NCBI GenBank assembly: GCA_951406725.2
Contig: OX597839.1
Coordinates: 7,998,001-8,062,000, forward strand
Length of the DNA stretch: 64,000 bases
Source: Octopus vulgaris
Lineage: Eukaryota
Direction: 5' to 3'
The notes beneath the pieces were generated by a model. That model worked only from the letters and a program-made list of their open reading frames with translations. It did not search any database and had not been told where the DNA came from. This document shows positions 52,680 to 64,000 of the stretch, piece by piece. The position numbers and the translations under genes are program-made. Position 1 is the first letter of the stretch, and every line of letters starts with the position of its first letter.

Positions 52680-53223
52680 TTTCTTTACTACCCACAAGGG
52701 GCTAAACACAGAGGGGACAAACAAGCTCAGACAAAGGGATTAAGTCGATTACATCGATCCCAGTGCGTAACTGGTACTAAATTTATCGACCCCGAAAGGA
52801 TAAAAAAGGCAAAGTCGACCTCGGCGGAATTTGAATTCAGAACGTAGCGGCAGACGAAATACCTATTTCTTTACTGCCCTCAAGGGGCTAAACACAGAGG
52901 GGACAAACAAGGACAGACAAAGGGATTAAGTTGATTACATCGACCCCAGTGCGGCGAGCTGGCAGAAACGTTAGCACGCCGGGCGAAATGCATAGCCGTA
53001 ATTTGTCTGTCGTTACGTTGTGAGTTCAAATTCTGCCGAGGTCGACTTTGCCTTTCATCCATTCGGATCGGTAAGTTAAGTACCAGTTACGCACTGGGGT
53101 CGATGTAATCGACTTAATACCCATGTCTGTCTTTGTCCCTTCTATGTTTAGCCACTTGTGGGAAATAAAGAAATAGGTACTTAATTTATCGACCCCGAAA
53201 GAATGAAAGGCAAAGTCGACCTC
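52680..53223. mobile_element. Four-part SINE-A composite with inversions
   Basis: Minus 52680-52862, minus partial 52863-52950, plus 52951-53178, minus partial 53176-53223. Confidence 0.85.
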
Positions 53224-53264
53224 AGATACATGCAAACAAAAACATTGTGTTTATGTTTGTGTAC

Positions 53265-53317
<53 letters not shown>

Positions 53318-53363
53318 TATATATGCATATATATGTATATGTGTTTATGTTTGTGTACGTGTG

Positions 53364-53406
<43 letters not shown>

Positions 53407-53544
53407 GTACATATATATATGCATATATATGCATATATATGCATATATATATATATATATACATATATATACATATATATATATACATATATATACATAT
53501 ATATATACATATATATATATACACATATATATGCATATATATGT

Positions 53545-53577
<33 letters not shown>

Positions 53578-53601
53578 CATATATATGCATATATATGTAT
53601 A

Positions 53602-53642
<41 letters not shown>

Positions 53643-53659
53643 GTATATATATATGTGTG

Positions 53660-53692
<33 letters not shown>

Positions 53693-53718
53693 TATATATG
53701 CATATATATGTATATATA

Positions 53719-53770
<52 letters not shown>

Positions 53771-53802
53771 ATATATGCATATATATATGTATATATATAT
53801 AT

Positions 53803-53856
<54 letters not shown>

Positions 53857-53875
53857 GTGTATATATATATATGTG

Positions 53876-53912
<37 letters not shown>

Positions 53913-53936
53913 TATATATATGTGTATATATTTGTG

Positions 53937-53967
<31 letters not shown>

Positions 53968-53970
53968 GTG

Positions 53971-54001
<31 letters not shown>

Positions 54002-54048
54002 GTGTATATATATATATATGCATATATATGTATATATATGTGTATATG

Positions 54049-54079
<31 letters not shown>

Positions 54080-54794
54080 GTATGTACACACACACACATT
54101 AATGCATAATTTTAACACTGATATAATTTAATTAACTTGATATGTATGCATGCTTTTCATATTACTATTGGCAACGGCGGCGACATCCAGCGATGTAAGT
54201 GAGATATAATTAATTACGTCTGACTCACGCAACCGCCAAAACAAAGCTTTAGTAAGAGCTTGTCAAAGACAAACTCGAAAACTCCGAAATCTAACCACTC
54301 AAAACCCCAAACAGCCGTTAACCGCCACCCCACCAGATTGAAAAGCCTGTTGTATGAATCATAAAGCACCCGAAACGGACAATAGATTCACAATATGTAA
54401 AAATCATGTAAACACATACATTTACAATTGTGTACCCAAACGCATATTTACGCCATTTTAAAACCGCTTCTTTTTTTGCTATATTTTATTCTAACACAAT
54501 TTTTCAATACCCCCACAGGAACCAGTGTACCATTTTAACCGGAAATTCACATGTGAAGATACAAGTGCATGCGCATACAAGTAAATATATTCATAAATAT
54601 GACACTACATTTGTAGATGGAAAGCAAAAAAAAAAAAAGTGACGAGCACACACACGCACTATATGTGTGTGTATTTATATCTACATGTATATATATACAT
54701 ATGTATATATATATATATATATACATATATATATGGATATATATGTATATATATATATATATACATAAATATACATATATATGTATATAGAAAA

Positions 54795-54839
<45 letters not shown>

Positions 54840-54940
54840 AATATATACACACATGTACACGCACACACACACACACATATATATACATGAACAAATATTT
54901 CATGTTTGTGTGTTTATGTATACATCTTATGTATATTTGT

Positions 54941-55000
<60 letters not shown>

Positions 55001-55837
55001 TATATGTATATATTTATATATTTATGTATATATATACATATATGTATATATATATATGTGTGTGTGTGTGTATGTGTGTGTGTGTATATATATATATATA
55101 AAACAAGTACAATTACATATACATAACAAACACACACACATATATATACACACACACAGACTCACACACCCATACATACATATCTATATATATATATAAT
55201 ATAACTCACGTGCATTTAGGTATACATGACTGATGTGTGTGTGTATATATATATAAATACACAAATACGAAATATTTTAGAATGTTTTATAAAGTAGAAA
55301 TGCAAAGTCAAAATATAATGTGTATACTGGTGTATATAAGCGAATAAATATGCCTCCTTTTATAGGTGGTACGTATGGTTATGCATGAGTAAATATGTCT
55401 ATATACATAATGCATATAAATTTGTGCGCGCGCACGTGCACGCATGTCTGTTATATATAGTATTATCCTATCCATAATTTTACAAAATCCATCTTTGTTA
55501 ACGTGTTTGCGAAACGTGTGTCTGTGTGTGTGTGTATATATATGTATTTTTATGATTATGTATGTATGTATGTATGTATGCATATGTATATGTATATATA
55601 TATAAAGATATATTTATATATATGCATATATATACCTGTACATATATATATGTATATGTAGATATATATATATATATATATGTATGTATATATGTATGTA
55701 TATATATGTATATAATATATAGGTATGTATATATATGTATATATATATACATATATGTATATATATATATGTATATATATATATATACATATATATATAC
55801 ATATATGTATATATATATATGAATATATATATATATA

Positions 55838-55880
<43 letters not shown>

Positions 55881-55899
55881 TATATACATATATATATAC

Positions 55900-56045
<146 letters not shown>

Positions 56046-56637
56046 GAGAAACAGGGAAAATTGAAAATTGCCAATCGCATATCTATCTAGGATTACACAT
56101 TCGTATTTATATTTCCTCATATGTGTGTGTGTGTCTGTGTGTGTGCGTACATACATAGATGCATACATATACACACGCTGTCACACTTAGATTGGTATAT
56201 ATATATGTAAGTGTACATATAGATACACGTATACACACATATGTCTGGTTGAGTTTGTATATGCGTGTATATATTTCTCTGTGTATATATGTATACGTGT
56301 GTATGTGCGAGTATGTGCGTGGAAGGTCATTTTCTGTTCGTTTGGGTCTATTGAGGTATACAACAACCCGAGTCTGAAATGGCTATGCACGAGAAGCGGT
56401 GTGAGTGTGTGTGTGTGTATGTGTAAGCTGGTGTGTGCATGTGCTTGTGTGTGTGTAGCTGTGCCCATGTGTATACGTACATATGCACATACTTTTATAT
56501 AAACATACACATATATATGAATGCCCATCTATATGTATATATATATATATATCAATATGAATCTCTGTGTGTGTGTCTATATATATACATGTGTGTATAT
56601 ATATATACATATATATATATATATGAATATAAATATA

Positions 56638-56695
<58 letters not shown>

Positions 56696-56810
56696 TACAC
56701 ACATACATACATATTCATTTATTCATTTATGTTATAGCCCTAAGGTTGTGGCTATGATAGGGCTTACAAACACACACCACACACACGTGTATATATATAT
56801 ATATATATAT

Positions 56811-56928
<118 letters not shown>

Positions 56929-57656
56929 ATGTATGTATGTATGTATATTTCTTGCAAAATAACAAAAATATTAAAACTAAGAAAAAGAGATCCGAAAACT
57001 CAAAATGAATGAAATACAACAATAATTTTCATTGAAAAGTATAAAAGAAAATATTACGAAAATACAGAAAAAAATCCCATAAAAATCCTAAAACGAAAAG
57101 CCAATGAGTGATAACTCAAATATACATACACACATACATTTGTGTTTGTGTGTGTGTGTATGTGTGTGCGTGTGTGTGTGTTTCAAGATTGCGAGTAATG
57201 CATTTGAAATGGTGAAGAATATATCTGCCTATAAAAATAATTTGTTTCTGTCAGAATGTAAGGACCTCATATCCAAAATATCTTCAATGGAATTCCCAGA
57301 TTGTGTTGAGAGCTTTCGCCATTGCTAGCTTATTTACTTCTCGATTTCTAATAGCGCCAAGACACAGGCATTTAAAAGGACCCAGCTATATATATATATA
57401 CATACATATGTATGATATGTGCATGGATGTGTGTATGTATGGATGTGTGTATGCATGGATGTATGCATATTTGCGTATATCTATGTATGCAGATGTTGAC
57501 ACGTGTGAACGCATGTGAGTTGTAATACTGTTGAAATGTGTTTATGAGATGTATATGTGCGGCGTGTATATATAATCTTTCATTTGCTATATATATATAT
57601 GTGTGTGTATTATCTATATATATGAGTTTGTGTGTGTAAATATATGTATGGATATG

Positions 57657-57707
<51 letters not shown>

Positions 57708-57880
57708 ATGTATATGTATATGTATATATATATATGTATATATGTATGTATGTATGCATTAATATATATACCTGAGTGAGTAGGTATGTAAATATATATG
57801 AATATCTGTATATATACACATATATATATATGTATGTATATGTATATTTATATACATATGTATATATCTATGTATACGTA

Positions 57881-58011
<131 letters not shown>

Positions 58012-59160
58012 ATGCGCGCTGTGTATATGCGTGTATTGAAGTATATTTCTTTTCATTAATAGAATGACTTGATGTCACATACATGTCGAATGCAACGAAA
58101 ATAGAAATGAAAATTAAATGCACCCATACGCACAGACACACAAACACTTGCGAATAGACACACAATCACGCAGGCACCCTCATGTACATCCCCAAATAAT
58201 ACACGCGATTGTGTAAACAAATAAATCTGATAATCGACGCAAAATTAATAGAAAAAGGACAGTGGGTGTGAGAAATATGAATAAATGTGTTTGCATGCAT
58301 TTGTATGTGTGCGTGTGTGTCAGTGTGTCCGTGTGTGTACGTTTGTACATTTTACATATGTACGTATGTATGCATATATCCACGTATGTGCAATGTATAG
58401 GTATCTATATGCGTCTGGAAGTATGCGTTCGTTTTCATTTCTGCTCCAAACATGTCTGATATATAACATCAATTGAAGGATAAAATTAAGAAGCTATCAC
58501 TTTATCTGTGTGAATGTCTGTAATTCTGTGTCTCTGTATAGCTGTGTGAGTCTTTTGTTTGTTTATGCGTCTTAACTCTGTGTGTGAGTGAGTTTAATCA
58601 TACACGCGCGCATAAATGCATGTACGTATGGTTGTTTGTAGCTTGGACAGCATGGATTATATATATATATAATTCTATTTCATTTTTTATTCTCTTATTG
58701 TTATCAGTCATTTAACTGTGATCACGCTGGAGCATCGTTTGTGACTGTTTTTAAATATCCAGGCGCACTACCAGTAATTATTTCAGGTTAATTTACACTT
58801 CTATGTTTTACAAATTTTAGAAGTTAACCAGTCTACAGATTTCTCCTGTGAAAAGAAATAGAATGTAAACGGTCATAAACAAATATACTCACTCAACACA
58901 CGTACTCGCACAACACACGTACTCGCACATATGCATCCGTGTAGGTATACATCAGGGTTGGATTCAATCCCTAAGGCCTTAAAATTTTTTGGTTCCCCAT
59001 ATATATATATATATATATATAAATTAGAGAAGAACCACCATATAGCAATTCAACAGTGATACAAATTATGCCATATAGAAAAAAATAAATATACGACAAA
59101 ACATTTACTGAGAACTAAATAAAGTACAAAATAATAAATAAATAGTATATTATTAGTAAA

Positions 59161-59245
59161 TAGACTACACGTGTTTCGTGGCTATATTTTCAAACTGATA
59201 ACAGTAAAATTAATTCAATTTAAATATAGTCACTCATCAGGTCCA
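59161..59245 (-). ncRNA. Type I hammerhead ribozyme within a ~260-bp insert (59021-59280) in (TA)n
   Basis: Minus: TGGAC CTGATGA GTGACTATATTT..AAATATAGCCAC GAAA CACGTG TA GTCTA; 12-bp helix II with 1 mismatch; palindrome ACACGTGT; GUA site. Confidence 0.85.
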
Positions 59246-59272
59246 AGATAATAATAAATAAATAAATATGCG

Positions 59273-59320
<48 letters not shown>

Positions 59321-59827
59321 GTAATTTTTCGTAAATTTTCCATTTTAAAAAAATGGAACAAAATTCAATAATATACCTTAAAATAAAAACACGAAATATC
59401 TTAACAAATATATATATATATAAAATTCAAAATATAAACAATAATAGGCCATAAAGTAAATTTTAGTTTTCAAAATGAAAGAAAGCAGTTAGATGGAACA
59501 GAATGTTTATTCTTGAACACTTTCATTTTATATTTGAAAAGTTTACTCTCACTTATTTTGATTGCAAACTCTTTGATCAGAATCTCAGTATGACACTATA
59601 ACCATTTCGAAATTATATTTCCGAGCATACAAACCAATTGAATTTTATTTTAGCAAGCTTAGTGTGATTTTCTTTTGTGGCGTAAACGATTTACTTTCTG
59701 CGATGCCCCACTATATTGCCCTAAGCAAAGTATAAAATGTTACATGGCCGTAATTGTTACATGTATGTAAGTGTGTTCTTGTATGTGTTTGTCCTCTACT
59801 TTATACGACGAGCTTCTTTCAGTTTCT

Positions 59828-60056
59828 TATTTCTTTACTGCCCACAAGGGGCTAAACATAGAGGGGACAAACAAGGACAGACAAACGGATTAAGTCGATT
59901 ATATCGGCCCTAGTGCGTAACTGGTACTTAATTTATCGACCCCGAAAGGATGAAAGGCAAAGTTGACCTCGGTGGAATTTGAACTCAGAACGTAACGGCA
60001 GACGAAATACCGCAAAGTATTTCGCCCGGCTTGCTAACGTTTCTGCCAGCTTGCCG
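59828..60056 (-). mobile_element. SINE-A nested in an old SINE-B (59805-60210, minus), 19-bp TSD
   Basis: CGAGCTTCTTTCAGTTTCT at 59809-59827 and 60057-60075. Confidence 0.9.
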
Positions 60057-61013
60057 CGAGCTTCTTTCAGTTTCTGTTCCCCAAATGTACTCAAAAGTTT
60101 TTCGTAGGCCCTAGGTTGTTTCAGAAGGCATTTGCCCAAAAGGATACGCTGCGAAACTGAACCCAGAACCGTGTGATTGAGAAGTAAGCCTCTTACCACG
60201 CTGCCAAGCTGGTGTCTCATGGTATGTATGTATTTATGTACGTACGTATAAGTCCTTGCATGGTTGGGTCGTCAGCGTCTAATTCAGCAACAGCACCAAG
60301 CCTGCTTGTTAAGGAGAGTAGTTTTCGGGGGATCCCTCCAAGACAGAAATCAAACCTGCCATAGAGAAGAGGAACTCAAAAGTGTCAACAGCCATCGAGG
60401 AGCTACGAGTGAGAGACCCCTAGTATTTTAAGTCATCTGTCTAAGAGGAGAGAAATTTTGATGCAGCACCTTCGATTTCGTTTGCTTGCAATGATGTAAA
60501 CCGTTGTATGGTCGTAGTTGTTATCAACTAAGCTGAAAACATCGAAAGTGGTTTTTACACGTTTTAATATGCGAAACAAGACCAGCAAAAGTAATTATGA
60601 AATTAGGTTAATCAATGGTCTTCGTAAAATGAATCGCTTGAAGATATAGAAATAATCATAGTAGCGAACCTCAAATGAATGAGCAGTCTTGTTTAAGAAT
60701 AGCGCAAGCTAGCAATCTCTCGCTGGGTGAACGTCCTCTGTTAAAAATCTTTGGAAATAACAAAGGAGTTTAGAATTTTTGATAAAGTGAAGTGATCACA
60801 CTCGGGCACGCTGTGTACATATGAGTGTTTTTCTGTCTTACTGTGTGTATGTATGTTCTCTTTTGTCTTTAATTTTTTTTTATTCTTCACGAGGAAGCAG
60901 TTGGTTTCTAACAAAGATACAAACTCCATCGTTGGAATGTAGAGAACGAAAACAATGGCACACATTCAACTTGAGAAAACCTTGCATATTTTTACTGTTT
61001 CATTTACGGATAC

Positions 61014-61770
61014 TGGCTGAGTGGTTAGCGTATGGCTGAGTGGTTAGGGTATGGCTAAGTGATTAGGGTATGACTGAGTGGTTAGCGTATGGCTGAGTGG
61101 TTAGGGTATGGCTAAGTGGTTAGGGTATGGCTGAGTGGTTAGCGTATGGCTGAGTGGTTAGGGTATGGCTAAGTGGTTAGGGTATGGCTGAGTGGTTAGC
61201 GTATGGCTGAGTGGTTAGGGTATGGCTGAGTGGTTAGCGTATGGCTGAGTGGTTAGGGTATGGCTAAGTGGTTAGCGTATGACTGAGTGGTTAGCGTATG
61301 TCTGAGTAGTTAGGATATGGCTGAGTGGTTAGGGTATGGCTGAGTAGTTAGCGTATGGCTAAGTGATTAGCGTATTGCTGAGTGGTTAGGGAATGGCTGA
61401 GTGGTTAGGGTATGCCTGAGTGGTTAGGGTAAGGCTAAGTGTTTAGGGTATTGCTGAGTGGTTAGCATATGGCTGAGTGGTTAGCGTATGGCTGAGTGGT
61501 TAGCTATGGCTGAGTAGTTACGGTATGGCTGAGTGGTTCGGGTATGGCTAAGTGTTTAGGGTATGGCTGAGTGGTTAGCGTATGGCTGAGTGGTTAGCGT
61601 ATGGCTGAGTGGTTAGGGTATGGCTGAGTGTTTAGGGTATGGCTGAGTGGTTAGTGTATGGCTGAGTGGTTAGCGTATGGCTGAGTGGTTAGTGTATGGC
61701 TGAGTGGTTAGCGTATGGCTGAGTGGTTAGCGTATGGCTAAGTGGTTAGCGTATAGCTGAGTGGTTCGGG
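61014..61770 (+). repeat. 19-bp minisatellite, ~40 copies, derived from a SINE A-box
   Basis: Unit TATGGCT(G/A)AGTGGTTAG(C/G)G; the last unit runs directly into a SINE body. Confidence 0.95.
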
Positions 61771-62067
61771 TATTCGGCTCAAGTGGACAAGGTCGTGAGT
61801 TCAATACCTGGTGACGTGTTGTGTCCTTGAGCAGGACACTTTATTTCACATTGCTCCAATCCACTCAGCTAACAAAAATGAGGGGTAACTGTATTTTAAA
61901 GGGCCAGCCTTGTCTCGCACTTTGTGTCACACTGAATCTCCCTGATAACTATATTAAGGATTTACGTGTCTGTGGAGTGCTCAGCCACTTGAACGTCAAT
62001 TTTATGAGCAGGCTGTTCCGTTGATCGCACCAGCTGGAAACCCCGTCGGTTACACCGACGGAATGCT
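61752..62067 (+). mobile_element. tRNA-derived SINE sharing its central domain with family C variant 2
   Basis: B-box GAGTTCAATACC (61797-61808); GTGTCCTTGAGCAGGACACTTTATTTCACATTGCTCCAATCCACTCAGCT. Confidence 0.8.
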
Positions 62068-62748
62068 TATTTTTTAAACCGAACTTATAGACATACACAC
62101 ACATACATACAGACCCATCCACACAAACACACAGAAGCGTGTGTGTATGTGAGTGTATATATTAGCGTGCGTTTAGAGTGTATCCGTCTACCTGCAATTC
62201 TGTCTATATATACTTCTGGTCTGCTGTCTGCACGTCTGTCCTCCTTCATCCTACACATTCAGTATTATTCCATATACATAATTTCTTATTATTTAACAGC
62301 CCTCACCACTCTTGTCTGCTGCATTTCGATATAAGCAATTTCTTGTATTAAATCTATTTAATAGCATATACAAAAGCTATGTTGTGAAGGATGTTTATTT
62401 ATTGATGGGGACGAAGGACTTAAATGTAATACATAATGCTTTTGTTTGTGTTTGTTTCTACATTTGCTGTGTTCAAGTATGTATGCATTTCCACATTGAC
62501 ACACCTACACACGCACACACCAGCCCCCCCCCCCACCACACACACACACACAGACACACAAGCGCACATATACACGTACATATAATTACTCACACATGTA
62601 TATTATATATAAATATATATAGATATCTTTCTCTCCCTCTCACTGTCTCTCCTCTGTGTCGCTTTCTTTCTCTCTGTGTGTGTATATAAATATATATATA
62701 TATTTTTTTGTATATCTATATATTTGCCTGCATGTATATATGCATATA

Positions 62749-62819
<71 letters not shown>

Positions 62820-62996
62820 ATTTAACGCTTGGATTTCGTGTATAAATACATAAATATAATGTATACATTAACAGTATATCTGTATGTATGTTGTGTAAGT
62901 GTATGCGTAAGACGATGTGTATATAAGTATACACACGCAAATATAAGTGTATATGTGTATATATGAATGAATTTACGTCTATATGTGAATCTGTGC

Positions 62997-63051
<55 letters not shown>

Positions 63052-63091
63052 CATACATACGTACATATATGTATGCATTCATACACAAGTG

Positions 63092-63168
<77 letters not shown>

Positions 63169-63710
63169 TTACATATATGCGCACATGCATAAATACATAC
63201 TTAAACATGTACAGATATATGTGCCTGTATGTATATATGCATATATGTGTAAGAGCTCCCTTGTGTGTGTGTGTGTGTGTGTGTGTGCATATTTATATAG
63301 ACATATATACAACGAGGCAGTATTGTCTGGGATATCGTGCTCCAATGTAAGTCGAACGCCATTAGAATGAATTCATTTGCAATATTCTCTTCCAGTCTCT
63401 CTACAAAATAATCTATCGCCAGGATCATAGAATAGAATTAAACGAAGTACTACCCCATTACCACCCGAAAGCGTCAAAGGAAAAAAAAAAGAAGGGATTC
63501 CAATAAATGTAGGGTAAAGCAAATGAGAATACTTCCATCAAAATATCAGACGTTCTTTCATACACGGTGAAGTAAAATTGGAAATATTTCACAAGCCATA
63601 ATTTTTCTCTCATATCTTGAAGGTGGCCATCATTTATTGTCTCAATATATTATGATACATATTGATATATTGTGCCCATATATTGTTCCTACACTATATA
63701 TATATATATT

Positions 63711-63770
<60 letters not shown>

Positions 63771-63810
63771 TAGATATATATACATATTTATATTTATATA
63801 TATATATACA

Positions 63811-63873
<63 letters not shown>

Positions 63874-63874
63874 G

Positions 63875-63928
<54 letters not shown>

Positions 63929-64000
63929 TATGTATGTATATATATATATGTATGTATATATATATGTATGTATATATATATATGTAAGTATATATATATA

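Noticed and set aside
61014-61770. CRISPR array or true telomere
   Set aside because: No unique spacers; TTAGGG occurs only once per 19-bp unit and only in some units

Overview
This is AT-rich eukaryotic intergenic or intronic DNA with no supportable host protein-coding gene. Almost all listed ORFs are translations of microsatellites: (TA)n, (CA)n, (TATG)n, (GATA)n, (AAT)n, (CAT)n, (GGT)n, (CTT)n. The repeat landscape resembles octopus/coleoid genomes, which is an inference from recall and was not database-checked. Three abundant tRNA-derived SINE families occur and are labelled A, B and C here. Also present are LINE fragments (R4/Dong-like, CR1-group, RTE), two copies of one internally deleted mariner, two MITE/Helentron-like elements and a degenerate tRNA-Ala(TGC). 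Main observations: (1) about eight minimal type-I hammerhead ribozyme motifs from at least six unrelated short repeat families, mostly with palindromic helix III, in or beside microsatellites, including a three-family cluster at 41.3-42.0 kb. (2) A hairpin-rich cargo with a 4 x ~145-bp array and divergent flanking reading frames, found twice 30 kb apart, each time joined into the head of SINE-B. (3) About 40 tandem Pol III A-boxes in front of a single SINE B-box. (4) A SINE-B/CR1 shared 3' stem-loop with compensatory changes. (5) SINE-A dimers inserted as single events. (6) A CR1 insertion that exactly splits an R4 zinc-knuckle sequence.
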